DNA from: Spirochaetia bacterium
Lineage (GTDB): Bacteria > Spirochaetota > Spirochaetia > SZUA-6 > Bin103
Reading direction: 5' to 3'
DNA length: 64,000 bases
Assembly: GCA_965203055.1 (NCBI GenBank)
Contig: OZ241863.1
Location: forward strand, 1,696,001 to 1,760,000
Positions 38,460 to 47,971 of the stretch are shown piece by piece (position 1 is the first letter of the stretch; each line of letters starts with the position of its first letter). Below the pieces are notes generated by a model. It was not told the origin of the DNA, did no database searches, and saw only the letters and a list, made by a program, of their open reading frames with translations. The translations under genes and the position numbers were made by a program.

Positions 38460-39722
38460 CTATCCGGTGACCGCGGGCGCCGGTTGCGGGGCCGGCGCCG
38501 GCCGGGGGATGCCGAACGCGGTCACCGCGGTGGCGACGGCTATGACGGCGGCCAGCAGGAACACCGTTTCGTAGCCGGATGCCTTCCAGAGGATGCCGCC
38601 CAGGAACGGCACCGTCATGGAGAAGACGTGGTCGATGGTCACCCCCATCGACAGGGTGGTGGACAGCTCGTCGCGGTTGGCGCACAGCTTGCCGACGTAC
38701 ACCGCGCGCGCCGCGCCGACGAAGAACAGGACGTGGTCCAGCACGTAGGTGGCGCCGACCACGATCAGGCCGATGGCCGGCGGGAAGAGCTGGGCGCCGT
38801 AGCCGTACATCAGGCACACGCCGCACAGCAGCAGGGCGTCGGCGGTGAGGATGGTGCGCGGTCCGAAGCGGTCGATCAGGCGGCCGATCAACGGCTGCGC
38901 CGCCAAGTTGGTGACGGCGGTCACCACCCACAGCAACGCGATGGTCTGCACCGGTTGCTCGTAGATCACCACCAGCACCCATACGGCGAAGGTGATGAAC
39001 ACCTGCTTGCGCACGCCGAACAGCGCGCAGAGGGCGTAGTAGCGGGTGAACTTGCGGTTCACGACGAAGCGCCGGCGCTGCATGCGCTTCTCCGGCTGCC
39101 CGCGCACCGCCAGCCGCGTCAGCACCATCGACGAGAGGAACAGGCCGGCGGCAAGCGCGAAGAAGAAGCCGAAGTCGAGGTTGGTGACGGAACGCAGCCC
39201 CCACACGCAGCCGGCCATGACCAGCCCGGCCAACGTCTTCCAGAAGCCGACCCGGCCCAGCCGGCTGCCGGCGCGCGCCAAGTCGCCGTGATCGACCACG
39301 ATGGCGCGCTCGATCAGCATGCCCATGTGTTGGCCGGCCGAGTAGAGCATCACGAACACGATCAGCGGCAGGCCGGGAATGATGCCCGCAATCCCGTCCG
39401 CCAGCGGCCGCACCGGGATCAGCGCCAGGCCGACCACGCCCAACGCCGCCACCACGGCGGCCAGCGAGAACAGGCGCCGCTCCGACAGGGTGCCGAGCAG
39501 CACCACGTAGAACACCATCGCGAACCCCTGCGACTCGCGCGGGAACTCCAGGAACCCGCGAAACCACTCGCCGACGTGGTAGCGCTCCCGGAGGAAGTTG
39601 GGGAAGTTGATCTCGACCGTGGCCGAGGCCGCGGCGAACGCGGCGAAGGCCGCGATCAGCAGCAGGTAGGCGCCGGCCGCATCGCCGCGCGCGCGAAGGT
39701 ATGGCATGGGGGCGTTCAGCAT
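38460..39722 (-). CDS. MFS transporter
   Basis: About 12 TM segments, LEFPRE, GRLIDRFG, GVTIDH; AAGGGGAG RBS. Confidence 0.85.
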   Translation of the reverse strand: MLNAPMPYLRARGDAAGAYLLLIAAFAAFAAASATVEINFPNFLRERYHVGEWFRGFLEFPRESQGFAMVFYVVLLGTLSERRLFSLAAVVAALGVVGLALIPVRPLADGIAGIIPGLPLIVFVMLYSAGQHMGMLIERAIVVDHGDLARAGSRLGRVGFWKTLAGLVMAGCVWGLRSVTNLDFGFFFALAAGLFLSSMVLTRLAVRGQPEKRMQRRRFVVNRKFTRYYALCALFGVRKQVFITFAVWVLVVIYEQPVQTIALLWVVTAVTNLAAQPLIGRLIDRFGPRTILTADALLLCGVCLMYGYGAQLFPPAIGLIVVGATYVLDHVLFFVGAARAVYVGKLCANRDELSTTLSMGVTIDHVFSMTVPFLGGILWKASGYETVFLLAAVIAVATAVTAFGIPRPAPAPQPAPAVTG

Positions 39723-39923
39723 GGCACCAACTCCCCTTCGTCGCAATGGTTCAAGCGGGCGGCCGGTCGCCTTGGGACGCGGACAGATTCGCGCCGCCGC
39801 CCTGCCGGCTCACCCGACGAGACTCGTTTGACGGCGGATGGCGGGCGTGGGACGATGGCGCGGAGCGACGATGAACCAGCTTCTTCGGCTCACCACGGAC
39901 GATCTATAGGTGTGCGTCGCCTG

Positions 39924-40790
39924 TCATGGGGAGTGGACTCGTTGCGGGCTTCGTTGCCAGAGCGCCAGGACTGCATCCCAACTCGGTACCTGACTTGGGT
40001 CCTTGGCGCTGCGCACCACGTGCCGCATGCCGTGAAACCACAGGTGGTCTCCTACCGGGGTGCCGGCCGGGCTGAAGCGGAAGTCGATCGACCACCGCAC
40101 CGACGGCGCGCGGCCCAGGGTGGAGCGGTGGAACACGTGGTTGTGGAAGATGACGAAGTCGCCGGGCTGCATGGACAGGGTGACCGCTTTTCGCCCGGCC
40201 GCGGGATCGTGGTCCGGCGTCCCGAAGCCGGAGTCGTGGCTGCGGTCGCCGTGTTCCTGAATCGCGAGCCGGTGGGTACCGGGAAGGAACTGCATGGCGC
40301 CGTTCGCCTCGCTGACCGGCACCAGCGGCACCCACACGGTGGGCCAGTGGTATTGGCCGGTATCCTCCATGTATCCCGAATCCTGATGCCACGGCAGCGC
40401 GGAGACGCTCTCCGCGGGGAGCTTCGGGCGCAGAATGTAGTCGCCGCTTACCTGTAGTTCCGCGCCGAGCAGCGACTCCACCACGTCCAGGATCGCCGGA
40501 TGCGTCCACAGCTCGTAGAGCTCGCGGCTGAACACGCAGGCGTGCCAAGTCAGGCGCTCCTCCCGCCCGCGGTGCTCCTGCCGCAGCTTGTACCAGCGCG
40601 TCGAAAACGGTTCTTGCGAATGGAGATGGGAGATTTCGCCCCGGGCGCGCAGCGCCCGCGCGCGGCGGTCCACCTCCGCCTCCAGCACCCTGATGAAAGA
40701 GTCGATCACGGCGCGCGGCAGCGCGCCCCGCACCACCAGATACCCGTCCGCGGCATATGCCTGTTCCTGATCGTTCGTCAGCGGAGCCAA
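39924..40790 (-). CDS. Phytanoyl-CoA dioxygenase (PhyH) family protein
   Basis: YAADGYL, PWHQDSGY, TVWVPL, NGAMQFLPGTH, FHRS, RWSIDFRF. Confidence 0.9.
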   Translation of the reverse strand: MAPLTNDQEQAYAADGYLVVRGALPRAVIDSFIRVLEAEVDRRARALRARGEISHLHSQEPFSTRWYKLRQEHRGREERLTWHACVFSRELYELWTHPAILDVVESLLGAELQVSGDYILRPKLPAESVSALPWHQDSGYMEDTGQYHWPTVWVPLVPVSEANGAMQFLPGTHRLAIQEHGDRSHDSGFGTPDHDPAAGRKAVTLSMQPGDFVIFHNHVFHRSTLGRAPSVRWSIDFRFSPAGTPVGDHLWFHGMRHVVRSAKDPSQVPSWDAVLALWQRSPQRVHSP

Positions 40791-40863
40791 CCTGACCTGT
40801 CCTCGCGCCGCAATGAGGCGGGCGGCCCGGTCGCCGTGTCAACCCGCGGCGCGTCAGTTGAGG

Positions 40864-42666
40864 TCAGTCGCGCCGATACCAGGCGGCCTGGGCGGTGAAC
40901 ATCCGGTGGTACCGCCCGCGGCGGGCGAGCAGATCCGCGTGGGTGCCGTCTTCGACGATCCGGCCGCCGTCCAGCACCAGGATGCGGTCGGCCAGGCGCG
41001 CCGACGCCAGCCGGTGGGTGACGATGATGGCCGTGCGGCCGGCCGCGATCTTCATGAACCGCTCGTATACCGCCTGCTCCTCCAACGGGTCGATCGACGC
41101 GGTCGGTTCGTCGAGCAGGATCGTGCCGCGGCGCCGGAACAGCCCGCGCGCGATGGCCAGCCGCTGCCACTGTCCGAGGGAGAGATCGCGGTTGCCGAAC
41201 TCCCGCGACAGCATCACGTCCAGGCCGTCGGGTCCGTGCCACAACTCCTCCGGTACGCCCCCGTCGCGCAGCGCCCGGAGCACCTGCGACTCATCTCCCG
41301 CGGCCGCCTCGTCCGCCAGGACCACGTTGTCGCGCAGGGTCATCTGATAGCGCTGGAAGTTCTGGAACACCGCCGAAGTGTCGGCGCGCACCTCCTCCTT
41401 GGCCGCCCGCCGGGTATCGACGCCGGCTCTGATCACCTGCCCTTCGCTCGGCGCGTACAGACCCAGCAGCAGCTTGGCCAGCGTGGTCTTGCCGGCGCCG
41501 TTGACCCCCACCAATGCGAGCGTGATCCCGTGGTCGAGCGCCAGGGTCACCCCGCGCAGCGCCGGCCGCGCGCCGCCCGGATAGGTGAACGCCGCCCCGC
41601 GCGCGGCCAGGCTTCCCGGCCCCGGCCGCGCGCCGCCGGCGCCCTGCCTTCCCTGCCGCTCCTGCCGCTCCTGCCGCCGGCCCTCGTCGAGGCGCAGGAA
41701 CTCGATGAGGTGGGACGCCGTGGCGCTGGCGCCGGAGGAAGCGCCCAACATGTTCATCACCGCCTCGGTCGTCAGCAGCAACCGGCTCACCGCGTAGATC
41801 ACCACCGCGAACCCGCCGACTCCGATGCTGCCGTCGGCCAGCAGCCAGGCCGCCAGCAGGAACGATCCCCCGTAACCGAGCAGTACCACCACGTTCAACC
41901 CCAGATCGATCCCGCCTACCCGCAGGTCTTCGCGCCAGCGTTCCGCGCTGAAGCGGGCGAGCGCGGCGCGGTAGCGCTGCAGCAGGCGCGCGCCGGCGCC
42001 CAGGACCCGGGTCTCCTTGAAGTACTCGCGGTCCACCAGGCAGCGCTCCAGGTACTCGAACTCCCGCAGGAGTGGAACGGTCTTGCGTTCGAGCCGGTAG
42101 TAGCGGCTGGCGCGGACGAGATGGCTCACGATCCGGGGCGCAAACACCAGCGGAACCACCAGCGCCAGCAGCGGCGACAGCGAATAGAGGTAGCCCGCCG
42201 CCGCCACGGAGAAGATCAACTGGTAGACCGGAAACAGGAAGAACAGCAGCATGGTGATTGCGGCGTCCACTCCCTGTTGCGCCAGTTCCAGCCGCTCGTG
42301 CGCGGCGAGGGTCTCGAACTCGATCACCTCCAACCGCGCGGCCTTTTCGTTCAACGCCGCGGTCAACGCGCCGGCCCCCTTGCCGCCGAAGTACACGGAG
42401 ATAGGATCGGACAGCATCTCCAACAGTTCCCGCAGCAGAATCGCGGCGCCGGCGACGAGAATGGGGCCGGTCAGTTGCGCCGCCCGGGCCACGTCGGGGA
42501 GCTGTGACATGACCCGCTCCAGCAGGTGGAACACCAGCACAGCGCAGCCCGTGAGCGTCAGGCTGACGACGATCTCGACGCACAGATGGAACGGCGCCCG
42601 GCGGCTCAAGATGCCGATCACCGCGGCGAGCACGCGCGCGTAGGAGGGCTTGCTACCCGGCTTCAT
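40864..42666 (-). CDS. ABC exporter, fused permease/ATPase
   Basis: TM N-half; GVNGAGKTT, LSLGQWQRLA, LDEPTA. Confidence 0.88.
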   Translation of the reverse strand: MKPGSKPSYARVLAAVIGILSRRAPFHLCVEIVVSLTLTGCAVLVFHLLERVMSQLPDVARAAQLTGPILVAGAAILLRELLEMLSDPISVYFGGKGAGALTAALNEKAARLEVIEFETLAAHERLELAQQGVDAAITMLLFFLFPVYQLIFSVAAAGYLYSLSPLLALVVPLVFAPRIVSHLVRASRYYRLERKTVPLLREFEYLERCLVDREYFKETRVLGAGARLLQRYRAALARFSAERWREDLRVGGIDLGLNVVVLLGYGGSFLLAAWLLADGSIGVGGFAVVIYAVSRLLLTTEAVMNMLGASSGASATASHLIEFLRLDEGRRQERQERQGRQGAGGARPGPGSLAARGAAFTYPGGARPALRGVTLALDHGITLALVGVNGAGKTTLAKLLLGLYAPSEGQVIRAGVDTRRAAKEEVRADTSAVFQNFQRYQMTLRDNVVLADEAAAGDESQVLRALRDGGVPEELWHGPDGLDVMLSREFGNRDLSLGQWQRLAIARGLFRRRGTILLDEPTASIDPLEEQAVYERFMKIAAGRTAIIVTHRLASARLADRILVLDGGRIVEDGTHADLLARRGRYHRMFTAQAAWYRRD

Positions 42667-44491
42667 CCGCGTCATCCGCCTCATACCAATGCCGTTGGGT
42701 GGTGAACATCTGCGCGTAGCTGCCATCCCGCCGCATCAGGTCGTCGTGGGTACCCGACTCGCTGATCACGCCGCCGTCGACCACCAGGATGCGATCCGCG
42801 ATCTTGGTGGACCCTAGCCGATGACTGATGAACAGCGTCGTCAGCCCCGCGGCCGCGCGCGCGTACGACTGGTACACCTCGCTCTCGGCAAGCGGGTCCA
42901 GCGCCGCGGTAGGCTCGTCGAGGATGCGGACCGGCGCCGCGCCGGCCAGCGAACGCGCCAGCGCCAGCCGCTGCCATTGGCCGCCGGAGATGTCCACTCC
43001 GCCCGGCAACACCTTCCCCAACGGCGTATCGGCGCCGCGCGGCAACTCCTGGACCAGGTCACCCAGGCCCGCCTCCTCCAGACTCGCCGCGACCGCGGCA
43101 GCGCCGCCGCGGTCCGGGCCGTCGAGCGTCACGTTGTCGCGCACCGTAAGCGAGTAGCGGGCGAAGTCCTGGAACACCACGCCGAACAGGCCGTTGAGCG
43201 CATCCTGCGGCCAGTCGGCGATGGGAGCGCCGTTGATCAGGATGTCGCCGGCGGTGGGGCGGTACAATCCGAGCATCAGCTTGGTGATGGTCGACTTGCC
43301 CGAGCCGTTGGCGCCGACCAGCGCGTAGTGGCGGCCTGCCTCCAGTACGAAGCTCACGCCCTGCAATACCGGCTCCTCGGTACCGGGATAGGTGAAGCGC
43401 ACGCCGGTGAACTCAAGCGCCGCGAACTTGGCTTGCGGCGCGCGCCGAGTGAGCGACTGTCTGGTCTCCGCCAGCGCGGCGAACGAGGTCAGGTCGCGGA
43501 AATACTCGCGGTGCCGGCCGAGACGCGAGGTGATCTGCACCAGATCCAGCGTCACCAGGCGCTCCGCCTGCAGCAACGCGGTGACGGCGGCAACGTAGAA
43601 CGCGACGTCGATCGCGCCGGTCTGCAGCGGGCGCAGGAACGCGAGCATGGCGATGACGATGCCGGCGATCACCACGCCGCCGGCACCCTTGAACTGCGCC
43701 CAGATACGCAGGTTCAGAAGCGACTCCAGCTTGATCACCGACTCGAAGATGGTGCGCCACTTCCCCATGACGTAGCCGGAGTAGCCGAACAGCGCGCGTT
43801 CGGCGGCCGCGTCGCGCCCCTGCAGCACTTCCTCCGACAGGTAGCTGGCGCGCCGGCGTTGGCGCGTCACCCGGCGCTCGAACGCGTACAGCCCGCGCCC
43901 GCTCCTGATGCCGAGCAGCACGAAGGGAACCGTGGCCGCCAGCACTACGGGGACGACCCACAAGTGCAACCGCGCCAGCACCACGGCGATGCCGACGACC
44001 CGCACGGCGACGGCTGCCAGGCCGATCAGATCGTCGAACGCCTGCTTGACCGGTCCCTGCTCCGGCGCCGGCTGCGACTCCATCTGCGGGCCGGCGGCGA
44101 CGCGGCGCAGCAGGTCGGCCGTCTCCGGGTTCTCGACGTGCCCATATTCCAGCCGCGCCCGCTTCTCGGTCAGCGCGGCGCGGAAGCCGCAGCGCAATCC
44201 CAGCTCGATCCGGCGGTCGGTCAGACCGCGCGCCGCGGTCTCCAACGTCTCGACCGTGAACACCGCGAGCAGCGCGAGCACCGGCGCGGCAATAGCCTCC
44301 CAGGGAAGCCGCCCGCCCGCCAGGTCGAGCGCGGTTCCGATGAACCACTCGGTGGCAAGAACCAGCAAGGGACCGGTGGCAGCGCCCGCCGCGACCGCCG
44401 CCAGCGCCCGAATCGCCGCGGCGATCGGCGCATCGCCAAATATGATCCGAACCCCGCTCAGCAGCGTGTAACGACGCACCGCAAGCGTCAC
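42653..44491 (-). CDS. ABC exporter, fused permease/ATPase (partner)
   Basis: TM N-half; GANGSGKST, ISGGQWQRLA, LDEPTAALDP. Confidence 0.88.
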   Translation of the reverse strand: MTLAVRRYTLLSGVRIIFGDAPIAAAIRALAAVAAGAATGPLLVLATEWFIGTALDLAGGRLPWEAIAAPVLALLAVFTVETLETAARGLTDRRIELGLRCGFRAALTEKRARLEYGHVENPETADLLRRVAAGPQMESQPAPEQGPVKQAFDDLIGLAAVAVRVVGIAVVLARLHLWVVPVVLAATVPFVLLGIRSGRGLYAFERRVTRQRRRASYLSEEVLQGRDAAAERALFGYSGYVMGKWRTIFESVIKLESLLNLRIWAQFKGAGGVVIAGIVIAMLAFLRPLQTGAIDVAFYVAAVTALLQAERLVTLDLVQITSRLGRHREYFRDLTSFAALAETRQSLTRRAPQAKFAALEFTGVRFTYPGTEEPVLQGVSFVLEAGRHYALVGANGSGKSTITKLMLGLYRPTAGDILINGAPIADWPQDALNGLFGVVFQDFARYSLTVRDNVTLDGPDRGGAAAVAASLEEAGLGDLVQELPRGADTPLGKVLPGGVDISGGQWQRLALARSLAGAAPVRILDEPTAALDPLAESEVYQSYARAAAGLTTLFISHRLGSTKIADRILVVDGGVISESGTHDDLMRRDGSYAQMFTTQRHWYEADDADEAG

Positions 44492-44586
44492 GGCGGGAGT
44501 CTCTCAATAACCTGCCGGGTCCTGCAAGCTGCGGTTGCATGGGCGCCGGCTTGGCGGCACCATGAGGTCGGAGGCGGGCGCGGACC

Positions 44587-45351
44587 GTGGCGGACAGGCT
44601 TTTGGGCAAGGTGGCGCTGATCACCGGCGCCGGTTCCGGCATCGGCGCGGCTACGGCCGCCCTGTTCGCGCAGGAAGGCGCCGCGGTGGCGCTGGCCGAC
44701 CTGCGGCCGGAGCGGGTACGGGAGCGCGCCGCGCAGCTTGCCGGCGGGGCGCTGGCGCTGGCCGGCGACGTGGCCCGGCGCGCGGACGCCGAGCGAATGG
44801 TCAACGCGGCGGTCGAGCGCTTTGGCGGTATCGACATCCTGGTCAACTGCGCCGGGGTGACGCCGCGCGACGCGCCGACGGAATGGGACTTCGAGCAGAC
44901 CTGGGACTGGGTGTTGAACGTCAACCTCAAGGGAACCTACCTGATGTCGCGCTACGCCGCCGCCGAAATGCAGCGCCGCGGCGGCGGCGCGGTGGTCAAT
45001 CTGTCGTCGATCTACGGGCTGGTGGGGCGGCCGTCGTTCTTCGGCACCGGCCACGACCCCTACCCGCCCAGCAAGGGCGCGATCGTGGCGCTGACCAAAG
45101 ACATGGCCAACTCCCTCGGCGCCCGCGGCATCCGCGTCAACGCGCTGTGTCCCGCGTTCATCTACACCGAACTGACGCGCACCCTCACCGAGGACCCGGA
45201 ATGGCTGCGCCAAATGCTGGCCATGGAGCCGCTCGGCCGCCTGGGCCGGCCGGAGGAGGTCGCCAAGGCCGCCCTGTTCCTGGCCTCCGACGACGCCTCC
45301 TTCATCACCGGCGTATGCCTCCCGGTAGACGGCGGCTACACTTCCCAGTGA
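44587..45351 (+). CDS. Short-chain dehydrogenase/reductase
   Basis: TGAGSGIG, LVNCAG, YPPSK, IRVNALCP. Confidence 0.92.
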   Translation: MADRLLGKVALITGAGSGIGAATAALFAQEGAAVALADLRPERVRERAAQLAGGALALAGDVARRADAERMVNAAVERFGGIDILVNCAGVTPRDAPTEWDFEQTWDWVLNVNLKGTYLMSRYAAAEMQRRGGGAVVNLSSIYGLVGRPSFFGTGHDPYPPSKGAIVALTKDMANSLGARGIRVNALCPAFIYTELTRTLTEDPEWLRQMLAMEPLGRLGRPEEVAKAALFLASDDASFITGVCLPVDGGYTSQ

Positions 45352-45400
45352 CCGGCGGGCTGCTTATCGCACCGGCAGGGGAAAGCGGCGATGAGCCTTG

Positions 45401-45811
45401 TCATGGCGCGGGCTCCGTGCGGGGTGCGGCGACCGCGGCCGGGTTGCCGTTCGCGGGCGGGCGCCAGGGGCCGGTCAACGCGCCCTCGATGCGCGCCACG
45501 CGCTCCGCTACCGAGTCCACGCGAACGGTCAAGGCATCCACGCGAACGGTCAGGGCGTCCACGCGGGCCGTCAGGTCGCGGCGCAGGTCTGTCAGATCGG
45601 CGCGCAGGTCGGTTACGGCGGCGGTCAGGTCGGCGCGGGCGCCGGCGCGCGCCTCCGCCAGGGCGGCCGCGTTGGCGTCCACGCGGTTGCTCAGCAGGGT
45701 GATTTCGCGGCGCAGACTCTTACCCTGCAGCAGCACCACCGGAACCAGCACGGCCAGCATGGCAGCCACGGCGCCGGCGGCGGCGAGCAGCACGGTCAAG
45801 GTCTCGGCCAT
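45401..45811 (-). CDS. Small membrane-anchored coiled-coil protein with heptad repeats
   Basis: GGAGG RBS; N-terminal TM; TDLRADL/TDLRRDL and VDALTVR x2; ends VARIEGAL. Confidence 0.7.
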   Translation of the reverse strand: MAETLTVLLAAAGAVAAMLAVLVPVVLLQGKSLRREITLLSNRVDANAAALAEARAGARADLTAAVTDLRADLTDLRRDLTARVDALTVRVDALTVRVDSVAERVARIEGALTGPWRPPANGNPAAVAAPRTEPAP

Positions 45812-45998
45812 GGCGTTACCTCCCAGGGGCGAGTCCGACGTCGCCGGCCCGAATTGTCGGTGTCTACAGATTGGTCCTGGTCAGCCATCCTTGTGCCTTG
45901 AAACAGAGTATCGAACCGATAGATGAGCGGCAAGAATCCGCATACTCACTCACGCATACGGTGGTGCGGACTGAAACCATCTGCTACCTTGATGCCCC

Positions 45999-47936
45999 AT
46001 GACACACGCGCAGCGCCGGCAAGGAATGGGGGTCGGGATTCTCTTGCTGCTCACCCCGTGGGCGCCGGCGCTGGGGCAACGTGCGGAGCCGCCGCCCGAC
46101 GATGCAGGAGTGGTATGGCGGTTGGTGCGCGGCGGCGGTGGCTTTACCTCTCCCGGCGGAACGACGGGAATGGGCCTGGAGAGCGTTGCGTCGAACGGCG
46201 AGCTCTTCGTCGCGGTCGGAGAACGAGGCACGATCGTGCGCAGCAGCGATGGAAACAACTGGTCCGAGGCACGTTTCAGGCCCGCGGCGGCGGATTTCAC
46301 CGAGGTCGTTTGGGGAGGCGGGCGTTTCGTTGCAATCGGTGGCTCTACGATCGTGAGCAGCGCCGACGGCGATAGCTGGGAGCGTTCACGTACCCCCAAT
46401 ACGGACCGCTGGAACGGCGTTGCCTGGGGCCACGATCGCTTCGTCGCAGTAGGTACCGGCGCCATCGCGCACAGCCGCGACGGCCGGCGTTGGCAGCGGG
46501 TGCCACAACGGGCTACGCCCGCCAGCCTGTTCGGCATTACCTGGGGAGGCGGACGCTTCGTAGCCGTCGGGAACGATGGCGTGATCGTGTACAGCGCTGA
46601 CGGCGAACACTGGCAGACGTCAAGAGACACCGGGACCTCCACCGCGCTCCTCGACGTCGTCTGGAATGGCGAGCGCTACGTGGCGGTTGGCGAGGGCATC
46701 ATCCTGCGCAGCAGCAACGGCAAGCGCTGGGACGTGAGCCGCAGCGGCATCCCTCCCCAGGAGCGGCTGAACGACGTGGTTTGGGCGGGCGGACGCTTCG
46801 TGGCGGTCGGCAACAGGATCCTGCATAGCAGCGACGGCGACCTGTGGGAAACGGCGACGGTACAGGTCGACGGGAAGACATTTGAAGCGGCCCCGTTGGT
46901 ATGGTTGGCAGGCGGCGGTTGGATTTCCCGCGGCTGGGACCACTATCTTCACGGCATCGCCTGGAACGGCGCCGGCTTCGTAGCCGTCGGCATGAACGGC
47001 GCGATCCTGATCAGCAGCGACGGTCTCCAGTGGGAGCAGGCAAGCGATTCCGGCGCTCTCCTCCCTGAACTCGTCGGCGTCGCCTGGGGCAGCGAGCGGT
47101 TCGTAGCACTCGCGGACTGGTCGGATTCGATCCTGCACAGCGCGGATGGGCAGCGTTGGCAGAACGTGAACGTCGGCCCTGAATTGTACGGCCTTAACGA
47201 CGTCGTTTGGGCTGGCGACCGCTTCGTAGCCGTCGGCATCAAGATCGCCTCCAGCGCGGATGGTGTCCGCTGGCAAGAAGTTTCCGCTTCCTTGGATGAA
47301 CAACTCAGCGCCGTTGCCTGGAACGGCCAGGACCTGGTCGCCGTTGGCTACGAGGGAACGATCATGAGCAGCGGCGACGGCGAACGTTGGACGTCGGTCG
47401 CCGACAGCGCGACCACAGAGCATTTGAGCGACGTGGTCTGGGGTGGCAAACGCTTTGTAGCCGTCGGATTCAATGGCGTGATCGTTCACAGTGACGACGG
47501 CGAGCGATGGCGGCCGGCGAGCGGGCCGGCGAGCCGGCCCGCGGTGTCGGTTCGGGCGGCGCCGCGCAACCGGGCGACCCTCAACGGGCATTATTCCGGC
47601 GTTGCCTGGAACGGTAAGCGCTTCGTCGCCGTGGGATGGGGCGGGTACGGCGACCACCGCGTCGGCACGGTCGTGCACAGCAAGGACGGCGACCGCTGGG
47701 AGCTGGCGAACGACCACGAATTTCTGGCGGAGGAGCACTTCGGAGCCGTCGCCTGGAACGGCAGACGCTTGGCGGCGGTGAGCTACTTTGACGGCACCAT
47801 CATGTATAGCGCCGACGGCGACCGCTGGGATCCGGCCTCCAAGATCGCCACCTTCGATAAGCTGAACGACATTGCCTGGGGTAACAGGCGCTTCGTGGCG
47901 GTCGGGCGGAACGGGACCATCGTCGTCAGCCCATGA
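45999..47936 (+). CDS. Secreted beta-propeller (BNR/Asp-box-like repeat) protein, copy 1
   Basis: Signal-like N-terminus; many repeats of V.W.G.RFVAVG..G.I..S.DG..W. Confidence 0.85.
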   Translation: MTHAQRRQGMGVGILLLLTPWAPALGQRAEPPPDDAGVVWRLVRGGGGFTSPGGTTGMGLESVASNGELFVAVGERGTIVRSSDGNNWSEARFRPAAADFTEVVWGGGRFVAIGGSTIVSSADGDSWERSRTPNTDRWNGVAWGHDRFVAVGTGAIAHSRDGRRWQRVPQRATPASLFGITWGGGRFVAVGNDGVIVYSADGEHWQTSRDTGTSTALLDVVWNGERYVAVGEGIILRSSNGKRWDVSRSGIPPQERLNDVVWAGGRFVAVGNRILHSSDGDLWETATVQVDGKTFEAAPLVWLAGGGWISRGWDHYLHGIAWNGAGFVAVGMNGAILISSDGLQWEQASDSGALLPELVGVAWGSERFVALADWSDSILHSADGQRWQNVNVGPELYGLNDVVWAGDRFVAVGIKIASSADGVRWQEVSASLDEQLSAVAWNGQDLVAVGYEGTIMSSGDGERWTSVADSATTEHLSDVVWGGKRFVAVGFNGVIVHSDDGERWRPASGPASRPAVSVRAAPRNRATLNGHYSGVAWNGKRFVAVGWGGYGDHRVGTVVHSKDGDRWELANDHEFLAEEHFGAVAWNGRRLAAVSYFDGTIMYSADGDRWDPASKIATFDKLNDIAWGNRRFVAVGRNGTIVVSP

Positions 47937-47971
47937 CTGCCGGCTCGATTCCTGTGCTACCATGAAGCCCC

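Noticed and set aside
39723..39923. Possible riboswitch upstream of the MFS gene
   Set aside because: No recognisable aptamer consensus by eye; an Infernal/Rfam scan would be needed.
37707..40457. Long antisense or alternate-frame ORFs (e.g. 916 aa here, 887 aa at 15112, 764 aa at 9453, 852 aa at 56361)
   Set aside because: Shadow frames expected in very high-GC DNA over well-supported genes; no motifs of their own except the embedded Uma2 segment at 9453-10016.
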